NCBI RefSeq assembly: GCF_049590715.1
Contig: NZ_JBAWDL010000158.1
Coordinates: 1 to 62,251 of the forward strand
Origin: Flavobacterium sp.
GTDB lineage: Bacteria > Bacteroidota > Bacteroidia > Flavobacteriales > Flavobacteriaceae
DNA length: 62,251 bases
Direction: 5' to 3'
The notes below the pieces were generated by a model. The model had not been told where the DNA came from. It searched no databases and was given only the letters and a program-made list of their open reading frames with translations. Of this stretch, positions 27,543-36,869 are shown in pieces (within the stretch, counting starts at the first letter, position 1; each line of letters opens with the position of its first letter). Made by a program: the position numbers and the translations under genes.

Positions 27543-29951
27543 TTAATACAAACTCGGGAATTTACTTGGATTTACTTCATGCATCATAGCGTAGACTTTT
27601 TCATATATGTCTTCGATAGAAGGTTTAGAAAAATAATCACCATCCGTTCCATAAGCAGGCCGGTGAGCCTTTGCTGCTAATGTTTGCGGTTTGCTGTCTA
27701 AATATTGATATCCATCTTGGTCTTCAATAATTTGTTGTAAGATATACGCTGATGCCCCACCAGGAACATCTTCATCAATTACTAAAAGACGATTAGTTTT
27801 TATGATGCTTTTAACTAAATCATGATTAATATCAAATGGAATTAAAGACTGGACATCAATAACTTCACAATTAATCCCTGTTTCCATTAATTCTTTTGCA
27901 GCTTGTTCTACTAATCTTAAAGTAGAGCCATAAGAAACTAATGTGATATCTGTTCCTTCTTTTATGGTTTCAACAACTCCTATTGGTGTTTTGAATTCAC
28001 CATAATTAAGCGGTGTTTTTTCTTTTAGACGATATCCGTTTAAGCATTCAATTACTACGGCAGGTTCGTCACATTCCATAAGGGAATTATAAAAACCAGC
28101 AGCTTTAGTCATGTTTCTAGGAACCAATACATGAATTCCTCTAATGGCATTGATGATCATTCCCATCGGAGATCCTGAATGCCAGATTCCTTCTAAACGA
28201 TGCCCACGAGTACGAATAATTAATGGAGCTTTTTGTTTTCCAACGGTTCTATATTGTAAAGAGGCTAAATCATCACTCATGATTTGAATAGCATAGATTA
28301 AATAATCTAAATATTGAATTTCAGCTATAGGTTTTAATCCTCTTAAAGCCATACCAATTCCTTGTCCAATGATGGTTGCTTCTCGAATTCCTACATCAGC
28401 AATGCGTAGTTCTCCAAATTTTTCTTGAAGCCCTTCTAAACCTTGATTTACATCACCTATATTTCCAGAATCTTCACCAAAAATTAAAGCTTCTGGATAT
28501 TTGGTAAAAAGAGCATCAAAATTATCTCTGATGATCATTCTACCATCCACATCTGGTTTGGCATTTTCATTGTATTGTGGAGCTATTTCTTTGGCAGAAA
28601 ATACATTGAATTCAGATTCTGAATACAAGTTTCTACTGAAAGCGTCTTGGTATTTTTTATTAAAAGTAGCAATCCAATGAACTAATTCTATTTTTTCAGG
28701 CCCACTTTTAATTATTCTTATTGCTTTACGAGCAGTAACCAAAATTTCTTTTTTCAAAGGTTCTTTGATGCTTTTCAATCTTTTGGCGTACCCAAGAATT
28801 TCTTCTTTATTTTCAGTTGAGGGTGCTATTTTTTCTAATAATTCCACCAACTCTTTTTGTTCGTTGATGATAGGCGTAATAAAACTAATCCAAGCTTTTT
28901 TCTTAGCTTCTAAAACTATTTTCTTAGCATTGGCATCAATTTCATCCAATTCTTCAGGTGAAGCAATATTGATAGCAATCATCCATAAGCGCATTTGTCT
29001 AACGCAGTCAAATTCTTTTTCCCAATCTAAACGTTCCTTGCTTTTGTATCTTTCATGAGAACCTGAACTAGAGTGTCCTTGTGGTTGTGTTAATTCATCT
29101 ACATGAATAAGTACAGGGGTATGGTGCTCTCTTGCAATAGCATCTGCTTTTTGATAAGCGGCAATCAAATCAGAATAATCCCATCCTTTGACTCTTATCA
29201 ACTCTAGACCATTTGTATTGGATTCTTTTTGAAAGCCTTTCAGAATCTCAGAAATGTTTTCTTTTGTTGTTTGGTGTTTAGCATGAACAGAAATTCCGTA
29301 TTCGTCATCCCAAATACTGATTACCATGGGTACTTGTAAAACTCCAGCAGCATTAATGGTTTCAAAAAATACGCCTTCGGTTGTACTAGCATTACCTATA
29401 GTTCCCCATGCAATTTCATTTCCTTTGTTAGAAAAATTAGATTGGTTAGGGATATTAGTAATGTTTCTGTAAATTTTTGAAGCTTGTGCTAATCCTAAAA
29501 GGCGAGGCATTTGTGCAGCAGTAGGAGAGATGTCAGCACTGGAGTTTTTTTGTTGGGCTAGGTTTTTCCAAGAGCCATCTTCATTCAAACTATGTGTTAC
29601 AAAGTGACCACCCATTTGTCGTCCAGCTGACATTGGTTCTTCTTGGATGTTGGTATTTCCATATAAACCTGCAAATAATTGCTCAACAGTCAATGCTCCA
29701 ATGGCCATCATAAAGGTTTGGTCACGGTAATAACCAGAACGAAAATCTCCATTTTTGAAGAATTTAGCCATAGCAATTTGAGGGATTTCTTTTCCATCAC
29801 CAAAAATTCCAAACTTAGCTTTTCCTGTTAAAACTTCTTTTCTCCCTAACAAACTACATTCCCTACTTGTTATTGCGATGGTGTAATCATTCAACACTTC
29901 GGTTTTGAAATCTTCAAATGTTAATGCAGTATTGTTTTTTTCTTTTATCAT
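27543..29951 (-). CDS. 2-oxoacid (probably branched-chain) dehydrogenase E1, fused alpha/beta
   Basis: 802 aa; GYYRD, TPP-binding region GNASTTEG, FGED, IAEIQYLDY, transketolase C-terminal domain. Confidence 0.9.
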   Translation of the reverse strand: MIKEKNNTALTFEDFKTEVLNDYTIAITSRECSLLGRKEVLTGKAKFGIFGDGKEIPQIAMAKFFKNGDFRSGYYRDQTFMMAIGALTVEQLFAGLYGNTNIQEEPMSAGRQMGGHFVTHSLNEDGSWKNLAQQKNSSADISPTAAQMPRLLGLAQASKIYRNITNIPNQSNFSNKGNEIAWGTIGNASTTEGVFFETINAAGVLQVPMVISIWDDEYGISVHAKHQTTKENISEILKGFQKESNTNGLELIRVKGWDYSDLIAAYQKADAIAREHHTPVLIHVDELTQPQGHSSSGSHERYKSKERLDWEKEFDCVRQMRLWMIAINIASPEELDEIDANAKKIVLEAKKKAWISFITPIINEQKELVELLEKIAPSTENKEEILGYAKRLKSIKEPLKKEILVTARKAIRIIKSGPEKIELVHWIATFNKKYQDAFSRNLYSESEFNVFSAKEIAPQYNENAKPDVDGRMIIRDNFDALFTKYPEALIFGEDSGNIGDVNQGLEGLQEKFGELRIADVGIREATIIGQGIGMALRGLKPIAEIQYLDYLIYAIQIMSDDLASLQYRTVGKQKAPLIIRTRGHRLEGIWHSGSPMGMIINAIRGIHVLVPRNMTKAAGFYNSLMECDEPAVVIECLNGYRLKEKTPLNYGEFKTPIGVVETIKEGTDITLVSYGSTLRLVEQAAKELMETGINCEVIDVQSLIPFDINHDLVKSIIKTNRLLVIDEDVPGGASAYILQQIIEDQDGYQYLDSKPQTLAAKAHRPAYGTDGDYFSKPSIEDIYEKVYAMMHEVNPSKFPSLY

Positions 29952-30130
29952 AGTTTATGAAAGTATAACTTGCCGGTGCAAATTTACTTAAAAACTGGCT
30001 ATTTTCATAATGCATTAATAAAAATGTACTTTTAAAAACATTAAACATTTTATAGAAATTTAAGTGTTTTTTCTTTTTTTTGTTTTTTTATCAGTGAATA
30101 AGTATTTATTGTGTAAAAAAAAAGGTAAGG

Positions 30131-32959
30131 TTAAAACCATTTTCTATTGAAAAGGTTTAATACAATTTTAGGAGAAAAAGTAATAATAAATCGTATTTTT
30201 TCGTTGTATTTATTTTGACCAATTTCCCACCCATTTGAAGAATAAACAGGAAAGTAGACTTCAAAATAATCAGTAACTAAGTTCAAACGAATACCGCTAT
30301 CGAATAAAAAGGTATCGTTGTGATATTTGTTTTTCAAATAACCTATGTCGCCATAAACTTCCACCCAGTTCCATATATTATAACCTCCATTTAAAGTTGT
30401 GATCCATTGGTTTGCATAGGGTGTTTTTAATTTTGATTTGAAGCCACCTTCAGCAATAATCAGCTGTTGACTGAAAAAACCAGTATCTTCGGAACGTCCA
30501 TAATAATTATAATCAAATAAATAATCCGTTGGTCTATCTAGTGCGAAACTAAAAAATTCAGAATTTGTGTTTTTGTGTAAAAAGCTTCCCGCGTACAAGC
30601 GAAAATTAATTTGATGGTTGTTTTGAAATAATTTTCGATAAGATACTTCTGTTATCGCTTTACTGAATTTACTTGAAACTTGGATTTCCGACATAAAACT
30701 AAAGTGATTTGTAACTTCTGTTTTAGTGTTATAATATTTCAAATCAAAAACCGAATAGTTTTCTGAAAAATCTGTTGGGATAATTTTACTTTCATCTCTG
30801 TTTAAAATGACTTGACGTATATTTATCAACTCTTTTCGATTGCTTCTATAGTCTTTGTCACGAAATCTGATTTGTACGTTTGGGGTAAATTTTGTATAAG
30901 CAGCATCAGGTGCATAATGATAATAAGAACCTGAGAGTGCGTATGCTACATTGAAAAGGGATGTTTCTCTATAGTTTTGATTAATTATTAATGATCCTGA
31001 TCCCGAAAATGTTTTGGCACCAATGGAATAAGCTGGTGTTATGTCAAAATTGAATGGCTTATCAAGTATTGTTCTATTATGAAGTCTTAATCCAGGTATA
31101 AAACCATCATAAAGATTGTATTCTAATGTAGGTACATATAAAATTTGATTATAGTAAGGATCTTCTAAATCTTTCATGAAAACAAATTTCACGGGGCGAT
31201 TATTTGGAAAAAAACCTTTTAGTGATTTCCAGTTGTTTCGTAAATTGTATTCGGGTACTTCGTTTTTGTAATTTAAAATTATTTTATCGGCATTATTTCG
31301 TTCAATGGTATAAAGAGTGTCTTCATTTTTAGGTTCTAACCATTTTTTTAAAACAATTTCACCACTACTCACCCCATAAAGTGGAATTGGTACAAAAACT
31401 CCTGTTTTGTTTTTAATGTTAAAAGAAACACTATCCTTGGTTTTGGAAACATTTGCAAATTTATAATCTATTGTTTTTCTGGAATTAATGATAGTATTGA
31501 AAAACCAGTCAATATTTTTAGAAGTATTTTTCTTTAAAATTTTTTCAAAATCATCATTTATAATTTCTAGTCCTTCTTTTGTTTTGTATAATTCTTGAAT
31601 ACTAGTAGTAACAACTTGATTTTCGAGATAGTTATCCAAATAGCGTAAACTTAACCCAGCACGATATTTACTAGCGATTTGTTCGTTGAATTTGATTAAT
31701 TCATTTTTGGGTATGTTAAGAGGCTGGTCAAGATTTTTTCGAGCCATCAACATATAGAAATAACTATATTGTTCGTTAAAATCTAAATTAGTTAAGTTAA
31801 AACTTTTTAATAATTTAAAAGTAGAGGCACTTCCCATCATTTTGCTATTGGGATGATTAGTGTCAATGTATTTCATCATAGTATACACTTGAATAGCATC
31901 ATGAATCCAGGCTTCTTTTCTTTGATCCAATGCCAGACTGTTTTTTAAAAAAATATTTAAATAGGTTTTCAAAAACTTAATTTCATACACAAAAGTATCT
32001 GAAAACGGACTTATAAAGGAAGGTAATTGGTTTAATCCGTAAAAAGGGTTTCGTTCATAATCCGTTTCTGAAATCACTATTTTATCAAAAGGGTATTTCC
32101 CAATCATTGCAGAAGTATACTTTACAATACAATCAATAATTACGGCTTTTTGTTCGAATGATAATTTAGTGTCTTTTAAGTTGGTTATAACATTAAGATC
32201 TTCGTTTTTAAAGCTTTCAAAAGTAGGTTTTAGTTCTAAAATAAGACTAAAATCAGTTCTTTTTTCGCCATGCAATCGATATGTTGAAAAAGTATTCCTT
32301 TGACTAGAAAAAGTACTGTTTAAGTCTGTGATTACCGAATAGTTTTTGGGGATCTTTAATTCAATATCATAATCAGAGATAGCATTGACAACGTCCTCTA
32401 GATTTTCATTGTTATAGGTTATAAAGTGATGATTTTGATATCGGGCCGGAGTTAGGTACCAGTTTTTCAAATTTAAACCATCTATATCGTCGTATCCAAA
32501 TTTAGTAAAACGATCACTAGGTATTTTTACAGTATAGGTTAGTTGTAATATGGTTATTTGGTTTGGAGCCAACTTTTCTCTTAATTTGACAGTAATAACA
32601 TCAGGTGTTGTAGTATTTCGTTGCCACGAAAGAAATAATTTATTTTCATCAATAATAGTTATGTTTTGAGTCCTGCCTCGTTCTTCTTCTTTTGCTAAAT
32701 GAAATCCTCTGTAAAATTCATCTGAAAAGCGTTTGGCAAGAGCTGAATTTACATTTGAATAGGCATTGTTCCAATCATTCAAAACAATGGAATTAATAGA
32801 ATCAGTTGATTGATTGTAATATGTAATTGTTTGTTGAATGTTTAAAATTTTATTCTCCATATTTACTTCAACGATCAATTGGGATTGATGTTGGCTGTAT
32901 TGTTTTGTTGAAAACAATAAGACAAGTGTAATAAGTAGTATTTTGGAGGTTAATTTCAA
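30131..32959 (-). CDS. M1 aminopeptidase/gluzincin-like exported protein lacking HEXXH
   Basis: TTG 32959 gives a signal peptide (LKLTSKILLITLVLLF...YS-Q); M1-like N-terminal region; beta-rich C-terminus ending in Phe; the ORF-track start at 33103 crosses a terminator. Confidence 0.75.
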   Translation of the reverse strand: MKLTSKILLITLVLLFSTKQYSQHQSQLIVEVNMENKILNIQQTITYYNQSTDSINSIVLNDWNNAYSNVNSALAKRFSDEFYRGFHLAKEEERGRTQNITIIDENKLFLSWQRNTTTPDVITVKLREKLAPNQITILQLTYTVKIPSDRFTKFGYDDIDGLNLKNWYLTPARYQNHHFITYNNENLEDVVNAISDYDIELKIPKNYSVITDLNSTFSSQRNTFSTYRLHGEKRTDFSLILELKPTFESFKNEDLNVITNLKDTKLSFEQKAVIIDCIVKYTSAMIGKYPFDKIVISETDYERNPFYGLNQLPSFISPFSDTFVYEIKFLKTYLNIFLKNSLALDQRKEAWIHDAIQVYTMMKYIDTNHPNSKMMGSASTFKLLKSFNLTNLDFNEQYSYFYMLMARKNLDQPLNIPKNELIKFNEQIASKYRAGLSLRYLDNYLENQVVTTSIQELYKTKEGLEIINDDFEKILKKNTSKNIDWFFNTIINSRKTIDYKFANVSKTKDSVSFNIKNKTGVFVPIPLYGVSSGEIVLKKWLEPKNEDTLYTIERNNADKIILNYKNEVPEYNLRNNWKSLKGFFPNNRPVKFVFMKDLEDPYYNQILYVPTLEYNLYDGFIPGLRLHNRTILDKPFNFDITPAYSIGAKTFSGSGSLIINQNYRETSLFNVAYALSGSYYHYAPDAAYTKFTPNVQIRFRDKDYRSNRKELINIRQVILNRDESKIIPTDFSENYSVFDLKYYNTKTEVTNHFSFMSEIQVSSKFSKAITEVSYRKLFQNNHQINFRLYAGSFLHKNTNSEFFSFALDRPTDYLFDYNYYGRSEDTGFFSQQLIIAEGGFKSKLKTPYANQWITTLNGGYNIWNWVEVYGDIGYLKNKYHNDTFLFDSGIRLNLVTDYFEVYFPVYSSNGWEIGQNKYNEKIRFIITFSPKIVLNLFNRKWF

Positions 32960-33053
32960 TTTTCGGTTTTTTAAATTACTAATGTACATTAAAAAACACG
33001 AAATATCACAACGCATTTTTTGGAATAACTCATTAATATTGGAAATAAACTCC

Positions 33054-33086
33054 AAAAAAAAACGTCCTGATTGTTCAGGACGTTTT
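33054..33086 (-). terminator. Terminator after the OmpA/MotB gene
   Basis: AAAACGTCCTGA/TCAGGACGTTTT stem with an A9 tract on the plus strand. Confidence 0.85.
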
Positions 33087-33109
33087 CTCTCTTTGAATAA
33101 CAACTTATA

Positions 33110-33943
33110 TTATTGTTTTTGTTTTTTCATTTCTTTTTCAATCATGTCATAGAATTGATCAATTTTAGGCAATACAATGATACGTGTTCTACGGTTACGT
33201 GCTCTGTTTTCAGATGAATCATTAGCAACTAATGGCACATATGAACTTCTACCTGCGGCAATTAATTGCTCTGGTTTAACACCTAATTGAGTAGTTAAAA
33301 CACGAATAATTGATGTAGAACGTTTTACACTTAAATCCCAATTGTCTAACAAGACTCCGTTTCCTAAGTAAGGAACATTATCAGTATGTCCTTCAACCAT
33401 ACATTCAAAGTCAGGTTTATCATTTACTACTTTAGCTACTTTGGCTAAAACCCCTTTAGCTTGGTCAGTTACGTTATAACTTCCACTTTTGAATAATAAT
33501 TTATCTGCAATAGAAATGTAAACCACTCCTTTTTCAACATTGATTTCGATATCTGGATCTGAAATCCCGACAGAACTCTTTAAACTTGATACAAGTGCAA
33601 GTGTAACACTATCTTTTCTAGTTAATGCGTCTTGAAGGCGTGTGATTTTTAAGTCTTTTTCTTTTAAACTTTCTAATGACTTCTCTAAATTTTGCGCTCC
33701 TTTTGAAGTTAACATAGTTAAATCCTTAGAAGTTGTAATTAAGTTTTGATTGTATTCTTTTAAACCAGAAACTGAAGCTGCAAGACCTGCTTTTTCTTCT
33801 AAACAAGAATTTAATTTTACAGTACAGGTATTTAATAAATCTTGTGTTTCTTTGTTTCTAGCTTCTAATTCTTGGTATTTCTTTTTAGAAACGCATGACG
33901 CTAATAAAGTTAATACGGATAAGGCTACTACGATTTTTTTCAT
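33110..33943 (-). CDS. OmpA/MotB-family lipoprotein with coiled coil
   Basis: Lipobox LAS-C; VEGHTD, NWDLSVKR, RARNRR. Confidence 0.9.
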   Translation of the reverse strand: MKKIVVALSVLTLLASCVSKKKYQELEARNKETQDLLNTCTVKLNSCLEEKAGLAASVSGLKEYNQNLITTSKDLTMLTSKGAQNLEKSLESLKEKDLKITRLQDALTRKDSVTLALVSSLKSSVGISDPDIEINVEKGVVYISIADKLLFKSGSYNVTDQAKGVLAKVAKVVNDKPDFECMVEGHTDNVPYLGNGVLLDNWDLSVKRSTSIIRVLTTQLGVKPEQLIAAGRSSYVPLVANDSSENRARNRRTRIIVLPKIDQFYDMIEKEMKKQKQ

Positions 33944-34015
33944 AAATTCATTAATTAGTTTGATTACAAATTTAGTTTTTAAAGTTTAAAATATACTCCC
34001 AAAACAGTGTTAATT

Positions 34016-35002
34016 TTAGTCAACAAATACCTTGCCATTCCTTATGAAGTAATTGTAAACGATACTTTTTTGATGGTAATATTTTTTAGATTGATAATCA
34101 CTCCTTTTTTTGTAATTTACTAAAAATAAACGATAAAAGTAAAAATGTGCCCTTAAAATCGCCCATAAATGTTTCCATTTTCCTTGAGAAATAAATTTTA
34201 ATCCTGCGATGCCATCTAAAGTTAAACGCAAAAATAAAATTTTAAATAAGGATTCCTTAGGGACGTTTTTCACCAACATGAATAAGGAATTTCGAAAATT
34301 TAAGAAAGTTTTTTTAGGATTTTCTTCATTTAATGTAGCACCACCTACATGATAGACAACGGAATTTGGATTGTATTTAATGGTATAACCTTTGTTATAA
34401 ATACGCCAGCATAAATCAATTTCTTCTTGGTGTGCAAAAAAATCATCATCAAAACCATTCATTTCTTTGTAGACAACTGATCGAATAAAAAAACAAGCGC
34501 CCGAAGCCCAAAAAATTTCTTTTTCATCATTGTATTGACCATTGTCTTTTTCGATGGTTTCAAAAATACGTCCACGACAATAAGGATAACCGTATTGATC
34601 AATAAAGCCACCTGCAGCACCAGCATATTCAAAATAAGCTTTGTTTTTAAAATCCAATATCTTAGGTTGGATAACGGCTGTTTGAGATTCGTTTACAAAA
34701 GTTTTTATAATGGGTTGTAACCAATTTTCAGTAACTTCAATATCTGAATTCACTAACGCATAAACATCAGCTTCAATATTTTGTAAAGCTTCGTTATATC
34801 CTTTGGCAAAGCCAAAATTCCCTTTGTTTTGAATAATTTGAACTGTTGGATAATTACTTTTCACATAGGTAACTGAATCATCTGTTGATGCATTATCAGC
34901 TATATAGACTGTGGCTTCCTGTGAAAAAGCAACCACTGAAGGTAAAAACTGTTTCAATAATGCGACTCCGTTCCAGTTGAGTATAACGACTGCTATTTTC
35001 AT
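34016..35002 (-). CDS. Glycosyltransferase family 2
   Basis: VVILNWNG, DNASTD, NSDIE, WASGAC, EEIDLCWR. Confidence 0.92.
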   Translation of the reverse strand: MKIAVVILNWNGVALLKQFLPSVVAFSQEATVYIADNASTDDSVTYVKSNYPTVQIIQNKGNFGFAKGYNEALQNIEADVYALVNSDIEVTENWLQPIIKTFVNESQTAVIQPKILDFKNKAYFEYAGAAGGFIDQYGYPYCRGRIFETIEKDNGQYNDEKEIFWASGACFFIRSVVYKEMNGFDDDFFAHQEEIDLCWRIYNKGYTIKYNPNSVVYHVGGATLNEENPKKTFLNFRNSLFMLVKNVPKESLFKILFLRLTLDGIAGLKFISQGKWKHLWAILRAHFYFYRLFLVNYKKRSDYQSKKYYHQKSIVYNYFIRNGKVFVD

Positions 35003-35452
35003 TTAATTAGTTTTGTATTGAGGTAAATCAGGTAGGAAATGATATTTTTCATTCTCATAATCCATCTGGCAAAAATAGTGATTCAAACCATTACTTACCA
35101 TCAAAAGCGTGGCATTCATGGTCATGTTATAACGGGCAATTTGATCAAATGTGGCTTGTGCTATTTTAACTTCGGGTGCTTTGCATTCAACCAGAATATT
35201 TATTGAACCATCAGAATTAAATACTACCACGTCGTATCTTTTTCTTAATCCGTTTACAAATAGTACTTTTTCGACATTAATTAAAGATTTTGGAATTTTT
35301 TTTTCTTCCAATAAAAAACGAACCACATGCTGGCGAACCCATTCTTCTGGAGTAAGAATGATGAATTTTTTCCTGATTTCATCAAAGATAGACACTTTAT
35401 TTTCGCTATTTTTGAATCGAAAAGAATATGAAGGAAAATTGAGTTGTTGCAT
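35003..35452 (-). CDS. Stand-alone HsdR N-terminal domain protein
   Basis: TPEEWVRQ, RYDVV, VECKAP, FDQIARYN; ATG 35452 lies 4 nt after a TATTTTTG promoter element. Confidence 0.85.
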   Translation of the reverse strand: MQQLNFPSYSFRFKNSENKVSIFDEIRKKFIILTPEEWVRQHVVRFLLEEKKIPKSLINVEKVLFVNGLRKRYDVVVFNSDGSINILVECKAPEVKIAQATFDQIARYNMTMNATLLMVSNGLNHYFCQMDYENEKYHFLPDLPQYKTN

Positions 35453-35471
35453 AAAGCAAAAATATAAAATA

Positions 35472-35544
35472 GTTTTAGGTTTCAAGTTTAAAGTTTCAAG
35501 TTGTTGAAATGAAAAATTTAAACCTTAAACTTTGAACTTGAAAC
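35472..35544. repeat. Heptamer inverted-repeat element (GTTTCAA-type)
   Basis: GTTTTAG GTTTCAA GTTTAAA GTTTCAA ... TTTAAAC CTTAAAC TTTGAAC TTGAAAC. Confidence 0.8.
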
Positions 35545-35555
35545 ATACATTTTGA

Positions 35556-36560
35556 ATGGACGAAGTAGTAAAAATTGTAAATGATATAAAGGCTGGAAAT
35601 ATAAAACCTATTTATTTTTTGATGGGAGAAGAGTCTTATTATATTGATAAATTATCCGATTATATCGAAGATACTATTTTGACTGAAGAGGAGAAAGGGT
35701 TTAATCAAACCGTTTTATATGGACGTGATGTCACAATCGAAGATATTGTATCAACAGCAAAGCGCTATCCTATGATGGCTGATCGTCAGGTTGTTATTGT
35801 AAAAGAAGCACAAGAATTAAGCAGAACGATTGAAAAACTAGAATCCTATGCCGAAAACCCTATGCCTTCGACGGTTTTAGTGATGGCTTACAAATACAAA
35901 ACCCTTGACAAACGTAAGAAAGTAACTAAAACACTGGCTAAGAATGGTTTAGTTTTTGAAAGTAAAAAACTATATGAAAACCAAGTAGGAGAGTGGATTA
36001 AAAGAGTTTTGGCAGGAAAAAAATTCAACATAGAAGCAAAAGCAACTGCTATGTTAGTGGAGTTTTTGGGTACTGATTTGAGTAAAATAAACAATGAACT
36101 TGAAAAGTTACAGGTGATATTACCTAAAGGAAGTACAATTACTGCTCATGATATTGAAGAAAACATTGGTTTTAGTAAAGACTTTAATGTATTTGAATTA
36201 AGAAAAGCGATTGGTGAACGCAACCAACTAAAAGCTTATACTATTGCCGAAAATTTTGCACAAAATCCTAAAGACAATCCTATGGTAATGACGACAGCTT
36301 TAGTTTTTTCTTTTTTTATCCAATTATTAAAATATCATGGATTGAAAGATAAAAATCCAAAGATTGCAGCTCCAATACTAGGAGTGAGTCCTTTTTTTAT
36401 GAAAGATTATGACGTTGCAATAAGAAATTATCCTATGCGAAAAGTCAGTCAAGTAGTCGCTTCTTTACGTGAAATTGATGTAAAAAGTAAAGGTGTAGGA
36501 GCAAATGCACTATCAAATGCAGATTTATTAAAAGAAATGCTCTATAAGATTTTTAATTAG
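35556..36560 (+). CDS. holA: DNA polymerase III delta subunit
   Basis: PIYFLMGEESYYID, FNQTVLYG, VKEAQ, NELEKL. Confidence 0.93.
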   Translation: MDEVVKIVNDIKAGNIKPIYFLMGEESYYIDKLSDYIEDTILTEEEKGFNQTVLYGRDVTIEDIVSTAKRYPMMADRQVVIVKEAQELSRTIEKLESYAENPMPSTVLVMAYKYKTLDKRKKVTKTLAKNGLVFESKKLYENQVGEWIKRVLAGKKFNIEAKATAMLVEFLGTDLSKINNELEKLQVILPKGSTITAHDIEENIGFSKDFNVFELRKAIGERNQLKAYTIAENFAQNPKDNPMVMTTALVFSFFIQLLKYHGLKDKNPKIAAPILGVSPFFMKDYDVAIRNYPMRKVSQVVASLREIDVKSKGVGANALSNADLLKEMLYKIFN

Positions 36561-36603
36561 CCCTAAAAATTAGCGATATTTGCCTACTGAAATATTATAT
36601 ACT

Positions 36604-36786
36604 ATGGGAATGAATAAAAACACCGTTTTGGGCTGGGCAACTTTTATTATGTTACTCATGGGGTTCTTATTAATTGGTTTAGGAGCTTTTAGATATGATG
36701 ATGTGGCAGGTTGGGGATTTGCAGCTGTTGGAGTAGGTTTTTTATCTATTTCATGGGTGTTTAATTCATTGAAAGGGAGACTTTAA
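36604..36786 (+). CDS. Small two-TM membrane protein (CAL67264-like)
   Basis: MGMNKNTVLGWAT...WVFNSLKGRL, two hydrophobic helices, upstream of ettA. Confidence 0.75.
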   Translation: MGMNKNTVLGWATFIMLLMGFLLIGLGAFRYDDVAGWGFAAVGVGFLSISWVFNSLKGRL

Positions 36787-36869
36787 AAAAAAAATAATTT
36801 TTTATGAATCGAAATTCCAATACATAATTTTTAACTAATAAAGGTATAACACATAACAATAAATAAAAA

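Noticed and set aside
32960..33103. N-terminal extension of the 990-aa ORF
   Set aside because: Runs through the terminator of the upstream gene; the signal peptide begins at TTG 32959
33110..33943. Flagellar motor protein MotB
   Set aside because: It is a lipoprotein with a peptidoglycan-binding OmpA-like domain; no motA or flagellar genes nearby
35003..35452. Type I restriction-modification system
   Set aside because: Only a short stand-alone HsdR N-terminal domain; no hsdM, hsdS or helicase domain, and it sits among core genes
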